The notes below the pieces were generated by a model. That model was not told the DNA's origin, did no database searches, and saw only the letters and a program-made list of their open reading frames with translations. This document shows positions 38,871 through 47,740 of a stretch of DNA of 64,000 nucleotides, one piece after another. Origin of the DNA: a virus (taxonomy: Duplodnaviria > Caudoviricetes). The stretch lies in IMG/VR virus record IMGVR_UViG_3300017766_003924, positions 20,478 to 84,477 of that record; one strand, 5' to 3'. The stretch's first letter is position 1. The number at the start of each line of letters is the position of its first letter. The position numbers were made by a program, and so were the translations under genes.

Positions 38871-39676
38871 TTTTAGATTTAATAGGCGGTGGATTTCAGC
38901 ATGCTTATAGTAGCACAGAGTGGAAAAAGCCTAAGCACTTTTCATGGTCATATAACACAGATACTCATCCAGTTCAAGTGTTTGTTGATGATGGTATATG
39001 GAATAACGTAAGATATGATAAAAAAGGTACGCTCTGGATTGGATGGCTTTTAGAATCTAGATTTATATCTAAAAAATATGAGAATTATATCCTCGAAAAT
39101 ATCAATTTTATTAAAGAACGGTTTGATTTCATTCTTACCCATAACGATCGGTTGATAGAGAGGGATCCAGCATTCTTTAAATGGTGTCCTGCATATGGTA
39201 CGTATATTAAAGACATACAAATATATCCAAAGTCAAAGCCTATATCGATGATTGCATCCGATAAACAAATGACAGAACAGCAAGTTTTAAGATATAATAT
39301 AGCTAAGAAGCTTCAACCACACTTAGATCTCTATGGTAGAGGATTTAAAGAAATAAAGGAAAAGGAAGAGGGATTAAAGGATTATATGTTCTCTATATGT
39401 ATTGAGAATGATACCTACCCTACTTATTTTACTGAAAAGATTCTTGACTGCTTTGCAACAGGTACAGTCCCGATTTATATGGGACACACTAATGTGTGTA
39501 AACACTTTAACGAAAAAGGAATATTATTTCTTGAAAAAAGAATTGATTTATCACAATTTACATACGATTATTATGTATCGATGATGCCTTATATAGAAGA
39601 TAATCTTCAGAGAGTTAAACAGTTTGACGTTCTCGATGATTGGATCTATCTAACATACATTAAACCATTGCTATAA
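38867..39676 (+). CDS. GT10-like (alpha-1,3-fucosyltransferase-type) glycosyltransferase
   Basis: WLLES, THN, YGRG, YMFSICIEN, YFTEKILDCFATGTVPIYMG. Confidence 0.8.
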   Translation: MILDLIGGGFQHAYSSTEWKKPKHFSWSYNTDTHPVQVFVDDGIWNNVRYDKKGTLWIGWLLESRFISKKYENYILENINFIKERFDFILTHNDRLIERDPAFFKWCPAYGTYIKDIQIYPKSKPISMIASDKQMTEQQVLRYNIAKKLQPHLDLYGRGFKEIKEKEEGLKDYMFSICIENDTYPTYFTEKILDCFATGTVPIYMGHTNVCKHFNEKGILFLEKRIDLSQFTYDYYVSMMPYIEDNLQRVKQFDVLDDWIYLTYIKPLL

Positions 39677-40062
39677 TGAGTAAAGAATTAAAAGTTCGAG
39701 TTTTCGATAGATACAGTAAAGCGTATCTAACATCTCGCGGTAAAGAATATGGAGAGTCACCATTTGTTTATTACAATTTGGGTGTACCTTACAATTTGAG
39801 TGAGATCCTCGCATATAAAGAGGAACATGGTTATGATAGATTTAAAGTAGAAGAATTTACCGGATTACGAGACAAAGATGGAATAGATATATATGACGGA
39901 GATATCTTACAAAATGAACTTACAAAACGTACATATGAAGTATGTTGGGATAGTGGTGGAGAATGGGTAAAGTGTGATTTACAAGATGGACGACTTGACG
40001 AGGAACTATATAAAAGTTTAGTAAAGTGTACAATAATTGGTAATGTTTCAGAAAATGAATAG
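39676..40062 (+). CDS. YopX-family protein
   Basis: KVRVFD, FTGLRDKDGIDIYDGDIL, IIGNV. Confidence 0.88.
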   Translation: MSKELKVRVFDRYSKAYLTSRGKEYGESPFVYYNLGVPYNLSEILAYKEEHGYDRFKVEEFTGLRDKDGIDIYDGDILQNELTKRTYEVCWDSGGEWVKCDLQDGRLDEELYKSLVKCTIIGNVSENE

Positions 40063-40795
40063 ATTTTGTATTATAAATCAACCTGCTGGATTAGGTGATA
40101 TTTGCTTTTGTCAAAAAATCGCAGTAGAAATATGTCAAAAGTACGGATGCGAAGTAATATGGCCAGTTATTAATGAGTTTCTCTGGATACAAAACTACAT
40201 TAAAACACCTGGTGTAACATTTACATCTAAAGTAGACTTACATAGTGAGATTTTACCTCGTTTAGCAAATAAACACAATAAAATAGAATGGCTCGACCTT
40301 CAAACTGCTGATCAGCACTACCCTAATGAATCAGTAATGCTTGCAAAATATAAGTATGCAGGTATAGATTGGTCAAATTGGTCTGAATATTTTAAGTTTG
40401 AGCGCAATCATCAAAAAGAAGATGAACTATATAAGAAGTTAGTAGGAGATACTCAAGACTACATCTTCGTCAATCGTAATTATGGTTCTCCACCTAATTA
40501 TGTTCAATGTAAGTATATCGATATGGATTACTTACGTGAAATATACCCTCACTACAAGATTATAGAAATGAATTTCTTAGAGGGATATACTCTGTTTGAT
40601 TGGTCTAAAATTCTTGAGAATGCAGGAGCTATACATACAGCTGAAACTTCTCTGAACTATATAATGGAAAAACTAGACATACGAATTCAAAAGTATATCT
40701 ATTCAAAACATACACCACCATCATTCAACCATGTTGATATGCTTTTTACGGGCTGCTATTATATGGATGAAAGCGCATTACCTACTAAAAAATGA
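40037..40795 (+). CDS. putative glycosyltransferase-like protein
   Basis: QPAGLGDI, W.KILENA..IHTAETS pattern; likely start at 40056 (MNRF). Confidence 0.55.
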   Translation: MVMFQKMNRFCIINQPAGLGDICFCQKIAVEICQKYGCEVIWPVINEFLWIQNYIKTPGVTFTSKVDLHSEILPRLANKHNKIEWLDLQTADQHYPNESVMLAKYKYAGIDWSNWSEYFKFERNHQKEDELYKKLVGDTQDYIFVNRNYGSPPNYVQCKYIDMDYLREIYPHYKIIEMNFLEGYTLFDWSKILENAGAIHTAETSLNYIMEKLDIRIQKYIYSKHTPPSFNHVDMLFTGCYYMDESALPTKK

Positions 40796-41301
40796 AAATT
40801 AAGTACTATCCAGTTACACGAGCTGGTACAATCGCAAAGACACCGGATTATTACAATTCCTTTGATAAACCTCTATGTTGTGATTTAGTAGGAATGACTG
40901 ATTCTTTAATATACCGTCAATCATCTCTCTATGATATGTATACCAGAATTTGTGGAGAAGATGTACCATTTATACATCCTGGTAGATTGACTATCGAAAA
41001 TAAAGAAGTCTCATCGAACGAGATTGTACAATTAATTTACCCTCATTGGAAGGCGTATAGGGAAACAGTAATCTTACCTAAAATACAAGAACTTAAGGAA
41101 TTAATACAAAAGCTTAAAGATGACTATAAAAATAGCTGTCAATCTCTTTATTTTATTGCATTTGAATCTAGTTACACTATCACACAGTATAAAAACAATA
41201 TACGTATGCTAGAGGCTTTACAGATAGGTAAAATATATACCCTCGATGATAGTGAAGATTCCATTAAGATTGTAGATGACATTAAACCAGTAACAATATG
41301 A
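40792..41301 (+). CDS. hypothetical protein
   Basis: 169 aa, ATGA overlaps with neighbours. Confidence 0.55.
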   Translation: MKIKYYPVTRAGTIAKTPDYYNSFDKPLCCDLVGMTDSLIYRQSSLYDMYTRICGEDVPFIHPGRLTIENKEVSSNEIVQLIYPHWKAYRETVILPKIQELKELIQKLKDDYKNSCQSLYFIAFESSYTITQYKNNIRMLEALQIGKIYTLDDSEDSIKIVDDIKPVTI

Positions 41302-41651
41302 TAGATAGACAACGCTTTAAACACTTTAAATTTTCTGAATCCGACTTTCAAATGCTTGATAAGTATGAAAAAAAGGGTTGGAAATTTGATATCGAAGAGA
41401 GCTTCGATCCTCATACACGTGAAGATGATGAATATTTTAATTTTCAGAGCCCCCGAATGAAGTCTCCAACTACATTGTGGATAACTCCATTTACAGAGCA
41501 AGAATTGATACAAATGGAGTTAAATAAAGTTCTCTATGAATTCATGGATAGACATGAACATACACTAACAGATGCTATTAGTAAAAAGATTCTTAGTATG
41601 TTCGAAGGAGATAAAGTTCCAGATATTAAAGATGTATTAAAGGTTATATGA
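41298..41651 (+). CDS. hypothetical protein
   Basis: 117 aa, ATGA overlaps. Confidence 0.55.
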   Translation: MIDRQRFKHFKFSESDFQMLDKYEKKGWKFDIEESFDPHTREDDEYFNFQSPRMKSPTTLWITPFTEQELIQMELNKVLYEFMDRHEHTLTDAISKKILSMFEGDKVPDIKDVLKVI

Positions 41652-41965
41652 AAAAACGTGAAAAAGATTGGATTATCGAAGTAACTGCAGATGAAAATGA
41701 TGCAGATTATGTTACAGAGATTTCTACAATTAGTAATGAGTGGCTTGAAAAAATAAAGCCAGTTATTGCAGCTATTAAGAAGAATCATGGGGATTACCCA
41801 AGAGGTGAAATAGTAGGAAAGAATGAAAAATCTGCAGAGGATATTTACGGTCACCTTCCAGGATTTCAAGGATTTGATGCTCTAGTACCCTATGGTGAAT
41901 ACGGCATTCATTCAATTGACAAGATTGTCATTTATCCATACATTGAAAAGACCCGATTGTTATGA
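41648..41965 (+). CDS. hypothetical protein
   Basis: 105 aa, ATGA overlaps. Confidence 0.55.
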   Translation: MKKREKDWIIEVTADENDADYVTEISTISNEWLEKIKPVIAAIKKNHGDYPRGEIVGKNEKSAEDIYGHLPGFQGFDALVPYGEYGIHSIDKIVIYPYIEKTRLL

Positions 41966-42234
41966 ACATTACTCTTCATAAACCGAGAAGATACTCTCAG
42001 TGCACTAAGAGATGGGTAAGGCCCTCTTATCTTACAGAATATTCACGACGAAATCCTTACAATAGCGGATATTGTGAAGATCAAAAGCTCATTCAGCGGC
42101 TCATAGAAACCACAACATATACTATTTTCATTTTAAATTTCATTGGTTTGCAGAGCTTCAAGAAATGTTACTCGAGAATAACAAGTGTGATGTACAGGTT
42201 ATTGGAAATATATTTGAAACACCCTATATATTAA
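41962..42234 (+). CDS. hypothetical protein
   Basis: 90 aa. Confidence 0.45.
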   Translation: MNITLHKPRRYSQCTKRWVRPSYLTEYSRRNPYNSGYCEDQKLIQRLIETTTYTIFILNFIGLQSFKKCYSRITSVMYRLLEIYLKHPIY

Positions 42235-42238
42235 AAAA

Positions 42239-42421
42239 ATGATAAAGTTACTTGAAAAGGATTATAGTTGGGAATCTTTATATGATGCTGAACGAGATGT
42301 TTCAGAAGCCATAAGTGAAGATGAGATCCCTAAAGAGTTAAAGAAGGTATATAAAGAATTTTGGAGTGGTAAAGGTACTGGTGGAGTTATAAAGATTAAA
42401 ATCGAATGGCATCCAGATTAA
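42239..42421 (+). CDS. hypothetical protein
   Basis: 60 aa. Confidence 0.5.
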   Translation: MIKLLEKDYSWESLYDAERDVSEAISEDEIPKELKKVYKEFWSGKGTGGVIKIKIEWHPD

Positions 42422-42425
42422 ATTT

Positions 42426-42725
42426 ATGGATACTATAAACATTATAAAGACAGAACATGGATTTAGGTTTGAAGATACTGGTCCATCCTTTCAAGAGTTA
42501 GTTAGAAGTGATGAATGGCAAGCAGCATTAATAGTATATGATAAGTACAGAAGAAAGTATAATCTTGAAGATAAGCATTTATTAGCACTACGAGATTATG
42601 TAGTTGAGTTTTCTTCAAATAAAAAATCTTCTGGTAAAGCTGTCAATAAAGATCATTTAATTCAAATAGCAGTATCACACATAAAAAATATGATACAAAA
42701 TTCACAAAGTGAAACATATGAGTAA
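42426..42725 (+). CDS. hypothetical protein
   Basis: 99 aa. Confidence 0.5.
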   Translation: MDTINIIKTEHGFRFEDTGPSFQELVRSDEWQAALIVYDKYRRKYNLEDKHLLALRDYVVEFSSNKKSSGKAVNKDHLIQIAVSHIKNMIQNSQSETYE

Positions 42726-43569
42726 ACTAACAGCAGTTATAGTCGGAAGAAATGATAATTATGGTGGTGATCTTGTTAAGAGAGCAGCATTTTGCTTTGA
42801 ACAATTACTAGCATATACAGTTGATGAAATTATATATGTAGATTGGAACACTATAAATGGTGTTAGTCTTCTTGATAAAGTAAAATCCTCGTGTATAGGT
42901 ATTATAAGTTGTGATAAGATAAAAGAGTACCGGGTTACTCCAGACATTATTGCTCAGTATTTACCTCATTGTAAAGATATTTCTATTGTTGAAACGGTAG
43001 CTCGAAATGTGGGTATTCAGAGAGCATCAGAAGATTCATGGGTTCTCTCAACTAATGTTGATATCCTTCTTGATCAGAATATAAAGCATATTCTTCCATA
43101 TCTTTCAAAGAGGTGTATGTATACTGCACGTCGTAGAGATGTACCTAAAGACTACTATTTAAAATACGACAACGGCATCGATCTATTTCATGATTTACAT
43201 GCAGTATATAATAAATTTCCTGCAAAGCCTCATGCAGATCAGCATTGTGATTCGGGAGATATATGGTCATTAGCAGTGTGTTGTGGAGACTTTCAACTCG
43301 CTCATAAGAGCCATTGGAATAATATTCGAGGATTTGAAGAAGAGATGGTAGGTAGATGTTATGCAGATACCAATCTCATGAAGAAGTCGTATATGGTAGG
43401 AGAGATTAATTGTCTTGAAATAGATAACTTCTTTCACCTAAATCATGACAATAGTAAGATTACACTACCTGGTGAATATCTTCCTATAAATGATAGGTTA
43501 AAATATACAGTAAACTTTCAAAAATCTACTAATCCTGTTACATGGGGTATGAGCGATATAAATTTATGA
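42709..43569 (+). CDS. GT-A fold glycosyltransferase-like protein
   Basis: GRNDNYGG, YVDWN, RNVGIQRA, TNVDI, GDFQL, GFEE...D. Confidence 0.7.
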   Translation: MKHMSKLTAVIVGRNDNYGGDLVKRAAFCFEQLLAYTVDEIIYVDWNTINGVSLLDKVKSSCIGIISCDKIKEYRVTPDIIAQYLPHCKDISIVETVARNVGIQRASEDSWVLSTNVDILLDQNIKHILPYLSKRCMYTARRRDVPKDYYLKYDNGIDLFHDLHAVYNKFPAKPHADQHCDSGDIWSLAVCCGDFQLAHKSHWNNIRGFEEEMVGRCYADTNLMKKSYMVGEINCLEIDNFFHLNHDNSKITLPGEYLPINDRLKYTVNFQKSTNPVTWGMSDINL

Positions 43570-44156
43570 ACTTTGATAATAGAAAACAAGTATTTGAAGA
43601 AGAGAGTTATCTCGATTTCGAAAATGGTTATCCTGAAAGAAACATAGAGTGGTTTGAACAACATATCTACCCCCATATGTCTCCTTATTGCAATAAGGAC
43701 GATATAAGGCTTTTAGATGTAGGCTGTGCATCAGGATATTTTACTCGAAGATTTGAGCAATTGTGTAATGAAGTATATGGTGTAGATTTAGCATCAAATC
43801 GTATTAAACATGCAAAGCAATACGAGACTGACAAGCTGAAGTTTTATAATATAGACATTACTAAAGATCCGTTAATGAATGTACTTCCCAAGCGACCTAA
43901 TCTAATATTTTCAAATGCAGTTATACCTCACATTCCTCTTAAGGATAAAGCTGCAGCATTTGAAAATATTGCAGCATGCAGTACTCTAGATGCAACATTT
44001 GTACTTTTTGATGATTTAGTACCTTCGGGTTGCGTTGATGACTTTGCCGGGTTATATAGTAGAGAATGGATTGACCAAAATACTCCATGGAGTGTAGTGA
44101 AAGTAGTTGATATTACCCCAGGAACATATAAAATCGTACTCAATAAAAAGTGTTAA
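43542..44156 (+). CDS. class I SAM-dependent methyltransferase
   Basis: LLDVGCASGYF, GVDLA, FSNAVIPHI; likely start at 43566 (MNFD). Confidence 0.88.
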   Translation: MGYERYKFMNFDNRKQVFEEESYLDFENGYPERNIEWFEQHIYPHMSPYCNKDDIRLLDVGCASGYFTRRFEQLCNEVYGVDLASNRIKHAKQYETDKLKFYNIDITKDPLMNVLPKRPNLIFSNAVIPHIPLKDKAAAFENIAACSTLDATFVLFDDLVPSGCVDDFAGLYSREWIDQNTPWSVVKVVDITPGTYKIVLNKKC

Positions 44157-44159
44157 ATT

Positions 44160-45185
44160 ATGAGTCTTGCAATCGTTACTACTACTATTAATTCACCTAC
44201 AGAAGCCACTAAGATGCTAGTACAGCTAGCAATCAATAATGGTTACTATTTTATAGTTGTGGGTGATACAAAAACTCCTCATAGCCATTATGAAGAGCTG
44301 TTTGATAGTCAACTATATAGTAGAGATAAGCTCATATATCTTCACCCTGATAAACAAGAAGCTTTATATCCTGAAATTTCACAATTGTTAGGATGGAAAA
44401 CTATTCAACGACGTAATATTGGCTTTCTCTATGCATTAGAGCATTTAATGTCGGGTTGGATCTACACTGTAGATGATGATAATATTCCATATTACGACAA
44501 ACTCAATCATTGGCTTAAGTTATGTAGTGGTATTAGTCACCCGCTTTCTCTGAACGTTGATATGTGGAAAACTCAAGAGAGTGTATTTGACCCTCTTGCT
44601 GCTACTAATCATGATGACCTATGGCATCGCGGATTTCCTCTATCTCTTCTAAAGACGAAAAATCATATTACCTTTGAGAAGCCTGAATATCTGAATAGCA
44701 TCAAAGTAATTGCAGGATTGTGGGATGGTGATCCTGATATTGATGCTATTACAAGAATTACAAAGAAACCTTTAGTATCACTTAAGACGAAATCAGGAGA
44801 TTCATATTCTTTTGCTCGTAATAAGGGACGTACCGTTGCACCCTTTAATAGTCAAAATACAATTCTTCATAAATCATGCTTTAAATACTATTGCGTACTT
44901 CCTGGGGTAGGAAGAATGGATGATATTTGGGGTGCATATCTGTTACAAAAGTTTGACCCAGATGCTGAGATTATCTTTACACCTCCAACTGTATATCAGG
45001 AACGCAATCAGCAATGCTTAGTGAAGAATCTCGAAAATGAGTTACTTGGTTACAAGTATACAGAATCAGTTATTAGCTGTGATACTATAAATCATCTTGA
45101 TTTTATTCCTCAGCAAACAAAAGACTTTTATCAAGCATATTATGATAAAGTCACCCAGATATTAAAACATAATTCATCATTTTAA
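44160..45185 (+). CDS. STELLO (DUF288)/RGP-like glycosyltransferase or sugar mutase
   Basis: VTTTIN, VVGDTKTP, RRNIGFLYA, YTVDDDN, WHRGFP, GDPDIDA, FNSQNT, RMDDIW. Confidence 0.75.
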   Translation: MSLAIVTTTINSPTEATKMLVQLAINNGYYFIVVGDTKTPHSHYEELFDSQLYSRDKLIYLHPDKQEALYPEISQLLGWKTIQRRNIGFLYALEHLMSGWIYTVDDDNIPYYDKLNHWLKLCSGISHPLSLNVDMWKTQESVFDPLAATNHDDLWHRGFPLSLLKTKNHITFEKPEYLNSIKVIAGLWDGDPDIDAITRITKKPLVSLKTKSGDSYSFARNKGRTVAPFNSQNTILHKSCFKYYCVLPGVGRMDDIWGAYLLQKFDPDAEIIFTPPTVYQERNQQCLVKNLENELLGYKYTESVISCDTINHLDFIPQQTKDFYQAYYDKVTQILKHNSSF

Positions 45186-45221
45186 TGATTGATTTATTTG
45201 TAGAACATTTAACATATTAGT

Positions 45222-46226
45222 ATGAATCAAAAAACAGCGTTAGTGTTAGGTGGTGGAGGGTTTATCGGTAATCATCTCGTCAATAGATTGAGAGCTGATG
45301 GATATTGGGTAAGAGCAGTAGATTTAAAGTATCCTGAGTATTCAGAATCTCATGCAGATGAGTTTATTATGGGTGATTTACGAAATCCACTTTTCGTATC
45401 CACGGTTATGTTTGGACCTTATCAAATCTCTCCTAAGGAAGGTAGCTTTGATGAAGTATATCAGCTTGCAGCAGATATGGGCGGTGCAGGATTTATCTTT
45501 ACTGGTGCTAACGACGCTGCAATTATGCACAACTCTGCCACCATTAATCTTAATGTAGCAGAAGCAGCAAAGAATCATGGAGTAAAAAAGATATTCTATA
45601 GCTCTAGTGCTTGTATGTATCCAGCATTCAATCAAGAAGACCCAGAAAATCCAAATTGTGAAGAGTCCTCTGCATATCCTGCATATCCCGATAGTGAGTA
45701 TGGATGGGAAAAGCTCTTTAGTGAACGCCTATTCTTAGCATATCAGCGCAATTATGGTCTCAATGTGAGGATTGCACGCTTTCACAATATCTTCGGCCCT
45801 CTCGGTACTTGGGATGGTGGTAGAGAAAAGGCACCTGCGGCTATTTGTAGAAAGATCGCATTAGCGCAAGATGGTGATACTATTGAAATCTGGGGTAATG
45901 GTAATCAAACTCGAAGCTTTCTTTATGTTGATGAATGCGTTGAAGGAATTATTAGATTGATGAAATCTGACTTCACTGGTCCAGTTAATATCGGATCGGA
46001 AGAAATGGTTACTATTAATCAGCTTGTAGATTATGTTAGTGAAATCGCACAAAAGAAAATTATTAAGAAGCATATTCCTGGCCCTACTGGTGTCAAAGGC
46101 CGTAACTCAGACAATAAGCTTATCACCAAGAAGTTGGAATGGGCACCCAATTATCCACTTAAGAAGGGCCTAAGCCAAGTTTATCCTTGGATTCTCTCAC
46201 AGATTGAATTAAAATCAAAAGCGTAA
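45222..46226 (+). CDS. NAD-dependent epimerase, GDP-mannose 3,5-epimerase-like
   Basis: GGGGFIG, LAADMGGAGFI, YSSSACMYP, YGWEKLFSER, RFHNIFGP, GGREKAPAAICRK, GVKGRNSDN. Confidence 0.9.
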   Translation: MNQKTALVLGGGGFIGNHLVNRLRADGYWVRAVDLKYPEYSESHADEFIMGDLRNPLFVSTVMFGPYQISPKEGSFDEVYQLAADMGGAGFIFTGANDAAIMHNSATINLNVAEAAKNHGVKKIFYSSSACMYPAFNQEDPENPNCEESSAYPAYPDSEYGWEKLFSERLFLAYQRNYGLNVRIARFHNIFGPLGTWDGGREKAPAAICRKIALAQDGDTIEIWGNGNQTRSFLYVDECVEGIIRLMKSDFTGPVNIGSEEMVTINQLVDYVSEIAQKKIIKKHIPGPTGVKGRNSDNKLITKKLEWAPNYPLKKGLSQVYPWILSQIELKSKA

Positions 46227-46229
46227 AAT

Positions 46230-46814
46230 ATGATTATAACTCCTCAAACATATAACGGTGACTTGATTCATCAACCTTTTGCATATCAAATATTTCGTAA
46301 GAATGTACTTCCTATCGGTAATATTGTAAGCTTTGTTGGTCCCGCAGATGTTACTACTAATTTAATTGATCTTGAAGATAAACTTGCAAATGATTACATC
46401 TACTCTGAAAAGATGGTGCATTTCTGTTGGGAAATACCTGATGGTCTCCTCACCAAATTTGGTGCTGTTGCACATCAGCGGTTACTTAACACAGGCATCG
46501 CTAATATACTCCATAAATACATCCAAAAACCTATTGAGGTAGATGGTGATGACATTATGGTTCATGCAGAATTTATTCAGCGTAATATCACTCAGAATGT
46601 AGGTAAAGCAAGTGTAAGTATTGTACATCAGTTAAATGGTGTTACTTTAGGACATACAGGAATTAATATCACTGCAGGTGAGAAGGCTCCAGGATTTGCA
46701 TATTCTACAAAATTAACTGATGAGCAAGCTACAAAGTTTCAAAACGAGGTCATTAAGTTCTTTTATGAACTCCAAGACGACATGTTTATCGCTACGACGA
46801 AGGTAATCGTTTAA
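46230..46814 (+). CDS. DUF366 family protein (lipoate/biotin ligase-like fold)
   Basis: YNG..I, IVSFVGPADV, IDLED, IYSEKMVHF, QRLL, GDDI, K.SVSI, HTGINI. Confidence 0.8.
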   Translation: MIITPQTYNGDLIHQPFAYQIFRKNVLPIGNIVSFVGPADVTTNLIDLEDKLANDYIYSEKMVHFCWEIPDGLLTKFGAVAHQRLLNTGIANILHKYIQKPIEVDGDDIMVHAEFIQRNITQNVGKASVSIVHQLNGVTLGHTGINITAGEKAPGFAYSTKLTDEQATKFQNEVIKFFYELQDDMFIATTKVIV

Positions 46815-46815
46815 T

Positions 46816-47292
46816 ATGAAAAAATATCAAAGTACAAAAATTATTGAGTTAGGATCTGCTGCATTTAGACAATGGGCATCAACTCACTCTCACTGTCAAT
46901 ATTTGCATGGGTATAATCTCACTGCTAAATTTTGGATTGAATCGAGAGAACTAGATCATCGCAATTGGGTGTTTGATTTTGGTGATTTTGATGAAATTAA
47001 GCGCCAGTTAAGAGAACTAATTGACCATAAAACGTTAGTTGCTGCAAATGATCCAGCACTGCAGTATTATCAAGTAATGGAAAAGCAGGGAATAATGCAG
47101 CTTACTATTATGCCGAATGGCGTTGGTATTGAACGTACCGCAGAGCTATGTTATAATATTGCGTCTGAATATATTTTTAAACAGATTAAAGCTGGTAAGT
47201 GTAATCCTGGATGTATGATAGTAAAGGTAGAGGTATGGGAACACGATAAAAACTCTGCAGTGTTTATTCCTGATAATGTATATACTGCATAA
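46816..47292 (+). CDS. queD: 6-carboxytetrahydropterin synthase
   Basis: SHCQYLHGY, WVFDFG, DHKTLV, E..AE, VEVWEHDKNSA. Confidence 0.9.
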   Translation: MKKYQSTKIIELGSAAFRQWASTHSHCQYLHGYNLTAKFWIESRELDHRNWVFDFGDFDEIKRQLRELIDHKTLVAANDPALQYYQVMEKQGIMQLTIMPNGVGIERTAELCYNIASEYIFKQIKAGKCNPGCMIVKVEVWEHDKNSAVFIPDNVYTA

Positions 47293-47705
47293 TGAATACC
47301 ATATTTGATTATCTAAAAGATATCATCAAAGAAAAGAAGGGTAATTTAATAACGAATGTAGATGATGAGTCTACATTCGTCCCTTTCTTAGTAAATAGAT
47401 GGCTATCAATGCATTCACCACAGAATGCAATTCTCGTTAATTTAACAGGAAATCAGAATTGGAGTATCTTTAATACTAAGACTGAATACTACAAGTATCT
47501 CTTAGCTCTTATTCCTCAAGATAATCGCATTTACATTAGTTACATAAAAAAGGTAAAAGAGAATGTTAACAAAGATGAGGAACATATTGAAGAAATCGTT
47601 TCTCTTTTATCTAATCAATTACAACTATCAAAGAGAGAGATACGTATGTATATTGAAACAACTGGTTTAGATCTTACTCCGTATAAAAAGATCCTTAAAA
47701 GTTGA
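47292..47705 (+). CDS. 62: clamp-loader small subunit (gp62-like)
   Basis: IFDYLKDI, FVPFLVNRWLSM, YKYLL..IP...YISYIKK. Confidence 0.7.
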   Translation: MNTIFDYLKDIIKEKKGNLITNVDDESTFVPFLVNRWLSMHSPQNAILVNLTGNQNWSIFNTKTEYYKYLLALIPQDNRIYISYIKKVKENVNKDEEHIEEIVSLLSNQLQLSKREIRMYIETTGLDLTPYKKILKS

Positions 47706-47740
47706 TTTAACACGTTTAATTTTTAAATATTAGCACAAAT

